The notes below the pieces were generated by a model, which saw nothing but the letters and a program-made list of their open reading frames with translations, was not told where the DNA came from and made no database searches. Positions 1 to 8,229 of a stretch of DNA of 57,902 bases are shown piece after piece. Made by a program: the position numbers and the translations under genes. The stretch is from a virus (taxonomy: Duplodnaviria; Caudoviricetes): the IMG/VR virus record IMGVR_UViG_3300028370_000001, positions 1-57,902 of that record, one strand, 5' to 3'. How positions within the stretch are numbered: position 1 is the first letter of the stretch; each line of letters starts with the position of its first letter.

Positions 1-127
1 CCACCGAGGGTAGCGCCCGGTTCCGCAGGTTGTGTGTAAATGCAGTGATCGGTTGACATGTCAAAGTTGGACAGGATTGCAAAACCGCAATTTCGACGCT
101 GCCCTGCCAAGGGCACAATCTGCACGC
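1..127. repeat. Terminal overlap, copy 1 (circular assembly)
   Basis: 1-127 is identical to 57776-57902; 127 nt is a common assembler k-mer size and it lies mid-gene. Confidence 0.95.
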
Positions 128-1280
128 TACTACCAATGGTGATACTGCTGTCAATTCGCAGAAATCCGGTGAGGTTGATACTCCCGGTAAACCTAGTAAA
201 GATGTGGTTTAGCTGGGCCGCAGTGTCAGGCTGTGACGCCATGATAGTACCGACTGTGGCAGGGGGTGAAAATCTAAACTCATGTTTTTCTATACGTCGA
301 GGTTCTAGACCCCAATGTTCGAAAAACGCATTTTGCTGTGTATCAGGTTCCCACCCAGACATGTCGGGGATTAGTGTAGATGAAGCTACACGGCGCACAC
401 CAATCAACTCACCCTGAGGTGTAACCCAAGAGATATGCTGTACGGTAGAGGGTAGTTCTGGAATAGCTGTAAGTGCAGCAGCTCTACTGGCGTAAGGTGC
501 TCCAGAAAAATCACCATTTACCAGAAAACTACCGCTGGTATTTACTCTTACGTGCCCCGCACCTACGTTTGATAGGAATAAATCCCCGTTTGTACCGGGA
601 GCACGCCCTAAACGCGCGCCAAAAGCACCCGACAGAGCCTCACCGTATGAATGAAAGTCTATGAATGACGGTCGATCACCGCTACCGTAGAGGCCTAAGT
701 TAAGACTCGAAAGACCTTCGCTTCGAAGGGATTGCAGGTTCAGCGTAGTTCGCATCTCTTCCGCGTCTGCATCGCCTACGAGAGTTTTACCAAAGGAACT
801 AATAGTTGTGTTAGGAGGGAGAGTAAGAGTCTTGATGTCTACGTCTACTTCTGAGTCCATAAGAGCACCAGCAGCAGCTACGTTAGCTGTGTCTGTGACA
901 TCAGCAGAGGCTTCAACTAGGTCAAGCTTAGAGCCGTCAGCAGCTACGTCCCTTCCGTCAACTGTCCCACCAACCACAATGTTTGTTGTAATATTGAGGT
1001 CGTCAACATAAGCTGTCCTCCAGCGTACTGCTGTTTTACCTAGGTCATACGTGCTGTCAGTCTTAGGGGAAAAGTCACTTGGCCCCCCTACAAAGTCTTG
1101 AACAGGACCAAACACAGTAATAGCTCCACCTTCTGACGGAGTACCATTGTGTGTGTGTCCTGTCGAAGCTACAAAAGCAGCGAGGATAGCATCGAACTCA
1201 CCGTCTAGGTCAGTGGCATTGATGACACCTCCGTTCGCAATGTTATTTGTTGTGTCGTTTCTAACGTAACCAGTTCCCAT
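1..1280 (-). CDS. Tail fiber/tailspike, N-terminal part (continues across the junction into 57775..56191; ~954 aa total)
   Basis: ATG at 1280 (MGTGYVRNDTTNNIANGGVINATDLDGEFDAI..GHTHNG); in frame with the 56191..57900 ORF through the overlap. Confidence 0.85.
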   Translation of the reverse strand, partial: MGTGYVRNDTTNNIANGGVINATDLDGEFDAILAAFVASTGHTHNGTPSEGGAITVFGPVQDFVGGPSDFSPKTDSTYDLGKTAVRWRTAYVDDLNITTNIVVGGTVDGRDVAADGSKLDLVEASADVTDTANVAAAGALMDSEVDVDIKTLTLPPNTTISSFGKTLVGDADAEEMRTTLNLQSLRSEGLSSLNLGLYGSGDRPSFIDFHSYGEALSGAFGARLGRAPGTNGDLFLSNVGAGHVRVNTSGSFLVNGDFSGAPYASRAAALTAIPELPSTVQHISWVTPQGELIGVRRVASSTLIPDMSGWEPDTQQNAFFEHWGLEPRRIEKHEFRFSPPATVGTIMASQPDTAAQLNHIFTRFTGSINLTGFLRIDSSITIGSSVQIVPLAGQRRNCGFAILSNFDMSTDHCIYTQPAEPGATLG

Positions 1281-1281
1281 T

Positions 1282-3246
1282 TTATTTCCTGTCTTCATTT
1301 GAGTATTCAAGTATTGCTGTGTCTAGTACAAAAGGAGGTCCACCTTCAAACTCGTACTGTAAACTTACTGTAAAAAAAGAACCCACTACTCCCTTTTTTA
1401 CAGAGGTGTCAGGGTTACCACCGTAAGTGTCTACACCGTATATAGCTGCACCGTACTTTGAGAAAAACCCCCCACCTACTAACGGGAGTGATACAGGTTG
1501 TATCTTTCCTGGTTTATTAAAGTCGTACCTCAAAGTGAGAGTACCAGACACAGAACCCTCAGGGTCAAAGTATGTGTCCACCTTATAGGCTGTCTTACGA
1601 ATAGCAGGATCAGATACAGCCATAAAGGGTGTGTAGTAAAAACTTACAATAGGTTCACCATCAAATGTACTCCCAGACTCTAAAAGGTATACGTGTTCAT
1701 CGTCGTTACTAAACAAAGAAACCTCTGCATCCGCTACGTATGTAGACGAAGACCTGTAAGCTTTAATACCCTGAGAGGTTCCCCAGTTTATACTCTGTGA
1801 GTTCTGGTCTAGGAACTGAACACCTATGTAGCTTACAGAGTTTTCTTTACTTAAGTTTCGTTTATACTTAAAGATACGGTACTGGTTCTTCTCTCTAATA
1901 ACAGTTGAGGTGTACTCAGCAGAGGTTTCGATGTAGGACACTACGTCTTTTTGTATTTGGCGTGATGCCGACGAAAGGTTAAAGTCGCCAATACGTTCAG
2001 TAGCACCAAGAAACCTAATACCGTCTGGCCCTAGAAAAATTACATCACCACCGACTTCTTGTACCGTATCACCTGCTACGCACCCTAAGTCATTTGTTAC
2101 AGAGGTTAGTGTAAAGTCAGACTGGCTTGCACCAAGGAGTTTACGTATATCTGTTTGAGAGAAGTTAATTAGCTGCTCTCTAAAGGTAATTAACCCTGAG
2201 CAACTAGAGGGTAACCTATAACTCCCTGCTCCGTTAGCACTCGCGAAGTCTTCTTCTGCAAAAGGAGCACTGTAAGATACTAGGTCCTCTTTAGCAAAGA
2301 AGAGATGGTTCTTAAACTCCTCCACAAACTGAGCACCTGTAAGGTCAGAAACACCTTGTATCTTTTTATAAGTAGAGTTCGTAAAGACAACTGGGTTATT
2401 AGTTGAGTCTACCATAGCAGTCTTAAATGTACCGTCAAAGTTAAACTCTTTGAACCTTGCTCTTGTTCCTCCTGTGTGGGAAGAACTTAGAAATGTAACA
2501 GCGGCGTTGTCTGCTGGTGAGGACGCAAGAGCAGGTGCAATAGTTAGGGTAGCTGTTCCAGAAGAAACAGTGGGTAACTCTGTTACAGTGTATACAAGCT
2601 CTACCCCGTCTATACTAAAGGTGTCGCCTACTTGAGGTACTGAAACAACATCATCAACAGACAGTGTTGTACCTGACTGTGAACCAGAAGAAACAAGGGG
2701 GGAGCCATAAGTTGGGGTGTTTACCTTAGTCCAACCTAAGCCACCACTACGCCATACTGCGCCACCCCTGAGGACGTAAGCAACCTTATCTGCTGCTGAG
2801 TAGTACACACCTTCAATGCGTGACTGACCAAGGGTAAACGTAACCACAGCTTTATCCGCAGGGCTAGAGTCTAGTGCAGGTGTGATTGTTAAAGTAGCTG
2901 ACTTGTTGGCAGAACTAAAAGACACAGCTGTAACCGTGTACGTCCCTGTAACTCCTGCTACAGTGAATGTGTCACCTTTAGAAGGGGACTCATGTGCGTC
3001 TGCTACTAAGAACGAAGTACCAGTTTGACCAGAGCCTTGAGCTACCACAGAACCGTACGCAGGCACAGGGTTAGCGTCATACTTAGTGAAGCCATTGATA
3101 CGACGGTAACCACCCTGAGTAGACGGCTCAAAGTTCTGTAAGAGACGTGCTGACCCAGGCATCTTTAGACCTTGCTGTAACCTCGATAGGTTAGAGACAA
3201 GGCCCCCAGAGAGTTCAACAGGAAATGTTTCCCAGCGAATTGGCAT
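1282..3246 (-). CDS. Tail tubular protein B/nozzle-like protein with a duplicated beta-rich insertion
   Basis: 654 aa, between adaptor and tail fiber; two copies of GDTF(T/S)xxGV..ATLTIxPALxSSPADxAxVTF. Confidence 0.65.
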   Translation of the reverse strand: MPIRWETFPVELSGGLVSNLSRLQQGLKMPGSARLLQNFEPSTQGGYRRINGFTKYDANPVPAYGSVVAQGSGQTGTSFLVADAHESPSKGDTFTVAGVTGTYTVTAVSFSSANKSATLTITPALDSSPADKAVVTFTLGQSRIEGVYYSAADKVAYVLRGGAVWRSGGLGWTKVNTPTYGSPLVSSGSQSGTTLSVDDVVSVPQVGDTFSIDGVELVYTVTELPTVSSGTATLTIAPALASSPADNAAVTFLSSSHTGGTRARFKEFNFDGTFKTAMVDSTNNPVVFTNSTYKKIQGVSDLTGAQFVEEFKNHLFFAKEDLVSYSAPFAEEDFASANGAGSYRLPSSCSGLITFREQLINFSQTDIRKLLGASQSDFTLTSVTNDLGCVAGDTVQEVGGDVIFLGPDGIRFLGATERIGDFNLSSASRQIQKDVVSYIETSAEYTSTVIREKNQYRIFKYKRNLSKENSVSYIGVQFLDQNSQSINWGTSQGIKAYRSSSTYVADAEVSLFSNDDEHVYLLESGSTFDGEPIVSFYYTPFMAVSDPAIRKTAYKVDTYFDPEGSVSGTLTLRYDFNKPGKIQPVSLPLVGGGFFSKYGAAIYGVDTYGGNPDTSVKKGVVGSFFTVSLQYEFEGGPPFVLDTAILEYSNEDRK

Positions 3247-3962
3247 TAAAAGTTCCCTGTAGCTGCTCGTCTTGTTTCTATTCTTGTGTCACGTACATCT
3301 TCGTAACGGTTAATGTACACCTTACGCATCTGCTCAATCTGGTTAGCAAACTTAGCGGAAGCTCTGTCTTGACTCTCGGTATCTGATTGGAAGTTGTATA
3401 CGTAAAGAGAAGCACCCTCAGTGATAATGTGACGGAACGCAGGGGGCAGAGAAGGTACGTCACTAAAGAGAATAAGGTCTACTGGCAGTGCGTAGTACTC
3501 GAAGACAACATCGTACGCTTCATCAGGAGAGGGGTAAAGAACAAACTCCTGGTTAGGTGTTCGGATTACTTTACGTGGTACACTTCTGATACTAGTGTCT
3601 ACTGTGTTGTATTCATCGTCGATGTGCTTATGGAGGTACTGTTCGTAGTCCATTTGACCTAGGTGTACTGTTGGGTTACCAAAGGTGTTGTTACGTTTAA
3701 TACGAAAGACATTAAAGTCAACAGACTTAGCATTAGTTGGGTAGGGATAACGCATAACCCCAGGGGATAAAGTTTGTTCTTCTTCGATAAAGTTAAACGG
3801 CCAGTTAAATTCTTGCTGGTTTACAGTACGAATAGCACTGTTTACTCCCTCTTTAACAACAGAGTAGACCCCGGTTGCAGAGGCAAGAGTGGTTGCTGTA
3901 AGAGGAGTTTCATTAAAACGGCCAAGCACATCATTAACAAGACCAAGGTAGTTGTAGGCCAT
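3246..3962 (-). CDS. Head-tail adaptor (tail tubular protein A-like)
   Basis: 238 aa, NYLGLVNDVL..FNE N-terminus, WPF and LYPSPD motifs, position. Confidence 0.65.
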   Translation of the reverse strand: MAYNYLGLVNDVLGRFNETPLTATTLASATGVYSVVKEGVNSAIRTVNQQEFNWPFNFIEEEQTLSPGVMRYPYPTNAKSVDFNVFRIKRNNTFGNPTVHLGQMDYEQYLHKHIDDEYNTVDTSIRSVPRKVIRTPNQEFVLYPSPDEAYDVVFEYYALPVDLILFSDVPSLPPAFRHIITEGASLYVYNFQSDTESQDRASAKFANQIEQMRKVYINRYEDVRDTRIETRRAATGNF

Positions 3963-4283
3963 CTACTGCTCCCTAATTGGAAAGTTAATCTTACGTTCAC
4001 TTATCAAACTGCTAGTCCCAAATGTTATCCGGCAAGTAACTACATAAGAGGAGTTGTTAGCTCCCCCTGAGAAAACACCTCGTGCCACTGTATTGGAGTT
4101 AGAACCACCCTCGAAGGTCAACCCATTTACAGTAGTCCCTGCTACTACACTGGTCTTAACTCCAGCTGCATCCTTGATAAACCAAGCTACTGCTGAGATC
4201 GTATCACTTCCAAGGAAACGAGACCAGTCTACTGAGTAGTCTAGCCTTGCGTCAGGGTCCTTAGGGGGCCATTTTAAACTCAC
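3963..4283 (-). CDS. Virion structural protein (fiber adaptor-like)
   Basis: KDPDARLDYSVDW motif typical of small phage beta-sandwich adaptors. Confidence 0.55.
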   Translation of the reverse strand: MSLKWPPKDPDARLDYSVDWSRFLGSDTISAVAWFIKDAAGVKTSVVAGTTVNGLTFEGGSNSNTVARGVFSGGANNSSYVVTCRITFGTSSLISERKINFPIREQ

Positions 4284-4918
4284 GCTGCGTTCCTTCTTGT
4301 GGATACCATTGCACTTCTATTCTCTTGGTCTACCCTTACACTACGAGTGACTTCGTTAGGTTCAGCAGTGACCAGTGCCTGCCGGTTTTCTTCGTCTACG
4401 TAGACAACTGTTCCTAGGTTTTTCCCAGTCATACTAATTATAACATAAGAGGCTCCTACTGTCGAGATACTTTCTGTATCTATCTCTCTTCGTAGTGTTC
4501 GTACACCAGAGACAGCTACGGTTGAAGAACTAAGAACACTGACGTCTCTACGTAAAATACGCGCCGCAGAGGTTGAGAGAGTAGATTCGCTATCTATCCC
4601 CACCTTTCTCCTAAGAGTACGCGCCGCAGAGGTTGAGAAGCTGGAAGCACTTACGATACTTACGGCCCTAAGAAGCTCTTTAATGAACAGGGCTGTAACG
4701 TTGGACGAACCAGCGACAGAGGCAGACCTGTTTAGTGTTCTTACCGCAGAGGCAGTGACAGAGGACTGGCTAGAGATAGACGCAACTCTATTCTGAGTTA
4801 CAAAGGGCAGGGCTTGTACAGAAGAAACACTTGAAATGCTACTTGACCTGTTGAAAGTCCGAATAACATCGTAAGTATCTTGACCGTATCTTCCTAGCCC
4901 GTATACACCTCTAGCCAT
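4280..4918 (-). CDS. Ser-rich repeat virion protein
   Basis: ~20-aa repeats; DNA 21-mer TACGCGCCGCAGAGGTTGAGA repeated at 60-bp spacing (4558, 4618). Confidence 0.55.
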   Translation of the reverse strand: MARGVYGLGRYGQDTYDVIRTFNRSSSISSVSSVQALPFVTQNRVASISSQSSVTASAVRTLNRSASVAGSSNVTALFIKELLRAVSIVSASSFSTSAARTLRRKVGIDSESTLSTSAARILRRDVSVLSSSTVAVSGVRTLRREIDTESISTVGASYVIISMTGKNLGTVVYVDEENRQALVTAEPNEVTRSVRVDQENRSAMVSTRRNAA

Positions 4919-4928
4919 TTTGAGTACC

Positions 4929-5312
4929 TTAGGTTAGTGAAATATCTACACCACCAATTGGGAATGTGATCGTGTCTCCATTAGCGACGACAGCCGAAGT
5001 GATACCGTCCCAGGCGAGCATGTTACCGCCTGTCGCCGCATCAAAGATACCAATAGCAACAACAGTACCGAAGCTACCACCAGAGGCAGTAAAGGTTTCT
5101 GCACTTGTATTAGTAATCGACCCACCAGATGAAGCACTAAAGGCTACAGCCTGACGTGAGTAACCATTACCAGATACCTCGGTACCTCCTCCAGCGTCCG
5201 AAGGTGTAGCGGTAAACAAAGCTAAGTGTACAGTTGTCGAAGTAGGTGTGCCTGTATTACGGAAGACGTAGTTTAGAACAGCGTCCTCAAGGTAGTTTGT
5301 AAAGCTTGACAT
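4929..5312 (-). CDS. Virion structural protein (fiber/decoration-like)
   Basis: LALFTATPSDAGGGTEVSGNGYSRQ motif common in phage structural proteins. Confidence 0.6.
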   Translation of the reverse strand: MSSFTNYLEDAVLNYVFRNTGTPTSTTVHLALFTATPSDAGGGTEVSGNGYSRQAVAFSASSGGSITNTSAETFTASGGSFGTVVAIGIFDAATGGNMLAWDGITSAVVANGDTITFPIGGVDISLT

Positions 5313-5390
5313 GTGTTTATTTCTTTCTATGGGAGGGCACTATAAAAGTTAAACTGCCCCCGTGGTTACACAGGGACAGTCAGGTAGTTC

Positions 5391-5879
5391 TTAAGCGAGA
5401 GTGTCGCGGTCTACTTCACTAGCACCTTTGATACCCGTAGCAGTAACATCCATCAACATGGCATACACACGGATAATACCAGACGTATCTGGAGTAGTAC
5501 CAATTAGCAGCATGTCTATAGTGTCTCCAGCGCCAAAGACGACAGGGACAGCAGTGTTAGCCATAACGGAGTATGCGCCAACAGCAGCACCAGTAATAGC
5601 ACCCCCATCGACAAAGGCGTCTACATTACCACCAGTGATACCCAGATCAAAAGTACCAGCGGTACCCCCGGCTGGAGCAGTCTTAATTTCTGTACCCGCG
5701 AAGAGTACAGCGTTACCAGGAGAAACAGTGATAGCCTGGATGATGTCACCCGCAGCAAGGGCAGAACCCTTAGCGGTAGCAGCAGCAGCAAGGTCAATCT
5801 CAACCTCTACAAGGTAAGGCTTGCGGGAGGGGTTACCCTTGCCCCCGACTGCCTTAGCTAGAGTTGTTACGGTAGCCAT
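5391..5879 (-). CDS. Capsid decoration/minor capsid protein
   Basis: Ala/Gly-rich 162 aa directly after the capsid gene; RBS AAGGA. Confidence 0.6.
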   Translation of the reverse strand: MATVTTLAKAVGGKGNPSRKPYLVEVEIDLAAAATAKGSALAAGDIIQAITVSPGNAVLFAGTEIKTAPAGGTAGTFDLGITGGNVDAFVDGGAITGAAVGAYSVMANTAVPVVFGAGDTIDMLLIGTTPDTSGIIRVYAMLMDVTATGIKGASEVDRDTLA

Positions 5880-5969
5880 AAGTTAGTTCCTTTATTGTTG
5901 ACTCTCATAAAGAGAGGTAATCTTTACTCTATCGAGTAATGAAATTACTCATTGTTTTCAGAGACTTAC

Positions 5970-7043
5970 CTATGCGATGTTGTACTTGGCATTCACAAGA
6001 GCTTCTGGGCGCAAGATTTTACGACCATAGAGGTGCATACCACGGACAATGTCAGCAAAGCTGTCTTGGTCACGGTAAGTCTCTGTCTTGTTGATCTGCT
6101 CAGCAGTAGCGACAGCAGAGTCATGTCCGGCAACAATCACACCGTAGTTGGCGTTCTGGTTAGTAGTACCAACAGTACCAGGACCAGTGCCTACATTAGG
6201 CAGGTTGTTAGAGACGTAGACTCGGAAGCCATTCCAGTTGCTCAGAACGAGACCGTTACGAAGAGCACCGGAGTCACCGAAGTCAGCATTGAGGAAACGA
6301 GAATCTTCGTCCATCAGTACTTCCATCATGACTGGGTCGATGACCAACCAACGTCCACCTTTTTCAACGTTCTGTTGGTCCAGCAAGCGACCCATGCGGT
6401 TGATAACCATAACAGGAGAAGCAGTTGCAGTAGGCAGAGCAGTAGCACCAGGCAAACGAGCAGCTACAGGGATGGAGTGATCACCAGCAGAAGCAGTTGT
6501 GATGTTGCCAAAAGAACCCTTAGTCAGCTTCATCGAAGCCAAAAGTTCGTCTGTACCAGCGGTAGAAACAGCTTTGGTACCGTTTACAGTGGTGTTTACT
6601 TCGTCAGCGTTGACGTGGTTAGCAGACTGAGCGTAACCGGAGAGGTAGCCCAAGACTTCTTGGTCGTGGTTATCAGCCAAGCGGTAAGCCGCACGGTTAG
6701 TAGCCAAGTCCATGAAGTTAACGTGGGAGTGAGCAGTCTCAATGTCGTCACACTTGAAGGCAAAATAGTTAGCCTTGTCGATGACCAGAGAGAAGTCCTC
6801 GTCGTCGAGGTCTTGAGCAGCAACCTGTGTGCCGCGCTTGTACTCACTTACAGAAATCTCTGGCTCTTTGATGATACGAACCGTATCGCCTTGAGCAGCG
6901 ATCTCACCGAAGTAGTCAGAGTTGGTTACGTCTCCAACTACTGTAGCCTTACGGAATGCAAGTTGTACTTTCTTTGAGTAAATTACGGAGCTAAAGTTCC
7001 CGTTGGGAAGATTACCATGCCCGCCTGTTGATGGAAAAGCCAT
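5970..7043 (-). CDS. Major capsid protein
   Basis: MAFPSTGGHGNLPNGNFSSVIYSKKVQLAFRK.., C-terminal DIVRGMHLYGRKILRPEAL; ATG 7043 with AAGGA RBS; resembles HMO-2011-type capsids (recall). Confidence 0.9.
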   Translation of the reverse strand: MAFPSTGGHGNLPNGNFSSVIYSKKVQLAFRKATVVGDVTNSDYFGEIAAQGDTVRIIKEPEISVSEYKRGTQVAAQDLDDEDFSLVIDKANYFAFKCDDIETAHSHVNFMDLATNRAAYRLADNHDQEVLGYLSGYAQSANHVNADEVNTTVNGTKAVSTAGTDELLASMKLTKGSFGNITTASAGDHSIPVAARLPGATALPTATASPVMVINRMGRLLDQQNVEKGGRWLVIDPVMMEVLMDEDSRFLNADFGDSGALRNGLVLSNWNGFRVYVSNNLPNVGTGPGTVGTTNQNANYGVIVAGHDSAVATAEQINKTETYRDQDSFADIVRGMHLYGRKILRPEALVNAKYNIA

Positions 7044-7086
7044 ATCATTATCCTTTGTGTTAGGCTTGAATAGCTGTCTGTTTTCC

Positions 7087-7246
7087 AAGAGGCTGACGTT
7101 TTCAGAGGTGTGTCACTTCCCGCTAAGGAGGATCAAGGCTCTTACTTTATCAGGTAGTTCTTCTACTCACGTTTAAGCTTATAGTGTTACGAATGTCGGG
7201 TATCAAGGTGAAGGTGTCAGTTACCTGGGCTTCATTCTCGATACCC
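7087..7246 (-). ncRNA. Structured 5' leader of capsid mRNA (two long hairpins, three GCC/NNACC internal loops)
   Basis: Pairings read directly; GUAA tetraloop and a G-U pair favour the minus-strand RNA. Confidence 0.6.
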
Positions 7247-7249
7247 TTA

Positions 7250-7277
7250 GTTATACTCTAACTCGTTTAAATGTCAA
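7250..7277 (-). promoter_or_regulatory. Sigma70-like promoter for capsid operon
   Basis: TTGACA-N16-TATAAC. Confidence 0.65.
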
Positions 7278-7280
7278 CAG

Positions 7281-8174
7281 TTACTTTGACATATCGTACT
7301 TAAAGTTTCCTGTAGCCATCGCTTCCATGATTGCTTGTTCATTCTTAGCGTACCACTTGTCTGACTCACGGTAAACTTGAGACTCAGAGAACTTCTTACC
7401 GGTTCCTTCAGCATCAATCTTAGGTGTCGTTCCTTTAGACTGTACATCTAAGGCAGCATCCTTGGCGTTCTGCTTCTTAGCAGCGGGCGTAAGGTTGTTA
7501 TCCATCTTGTATAAGTCGATCACACGGATGACAGCCTTGGAGTCGTCTTGGTTGTCATACAGTGCGTTCTTAATCCAGTCTGATTGCTCATCAACCCAGT
7601 CATGGAAAGAGTCAGCTTCCTTCAGGGTATCGAAGTCAGAGTGAGCCTTACGTATTTCAATCTCTGCCTTACTACGTTTAGTCTCGTAGTTGAGGTCATC
7701 AAGTTCTTTAAACCGAGAGTCAGTCTGCTCAAACATTTCCTTAGCTTTACGCTGGGCAATAGTCTCAACGATACCAGCAATGTCAGGATACTTTGAGGCC
7801 CAAGCTTCAATGTCTTCGTCTGACTTAGGAGGAGCAATACCTTTAGCACCACCTTCCTTTAGAGCATTGAGTTCAGCTTTGTGTTTAGCTTCTTGTTCCT
7901 GTTGGTAACGACGTAGATCACCATAACGCTTCTTGAAGGTAGATTCCTCTTTAGAGAGTTTAGTCTCCTCTTTGGTGTCCTCTACTTTTACCTCGGGGGT
8001 TTCTGCCCCTTCCTCAATAACTTCTTCCTCAGTACTGTCTTCTTTACCTTCGGACTTCATGAGTTCTTCAAGTTCTTTCTCGTCAGCTTCCATACGTTTA
8101 CGATTGCTTCGGTTGTCATACCGAGGGTTAATCATTACGGACTTAGCTTGCTCGCGTACCATTTCGTTAGCCAT
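7281..8174 (-). CDS. Capsid scaffolding protein
   Basis: Acidic coiled-coil 297 aa just upstream of capsid; FKKRYGDLRR motif; RBS GGAG. Confidence 0.75.
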   Translation of the reverse strand: MANEMVREQAKSVMINPRYDNRSNRKRMEADEKELEELMKSEGKEDSTEEEVIEEGAETPEVKVEDTKEETKLSKEESTFKKRYGDLRRYQQEQEAKHKAELNALKEGGAKGIAPPKSDEDIEAWASKYPDIAGIVETIAQRKAKEMFEQTDSRFKELDDLNYETKRSKAEIEIRKAHSDFDTLKEADSFHDWVDEQSDWIKNALYDNQDDSKAVIRVIDLYKMDNNLTPAAKKQNAKDAALDVQSKGTTPKIDAEGTGKKFSESQVYRESDKWYAKNEQAIMEAMATGNFKYDMSK

Positions 8175-8229
8175 TTGTAGTTCTCCAGTTGGGGCCGCTT
8201 ATAGCGGGTTGCCATTAAGTTGTTGTAGT

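Noticed and set aside
1-127. Biological direct terminal repeat
   Set aside because: Exactly 127 nt and mid-gene, so best explained as assembler overlap; true termini are more likely near 19-20 kb
5952-6977. 341-aa plus-strand ORF (and similar antisense ORFs in the track)
   Set aside because: Shadow frames of real genes with biased codons; no RBS or motifs
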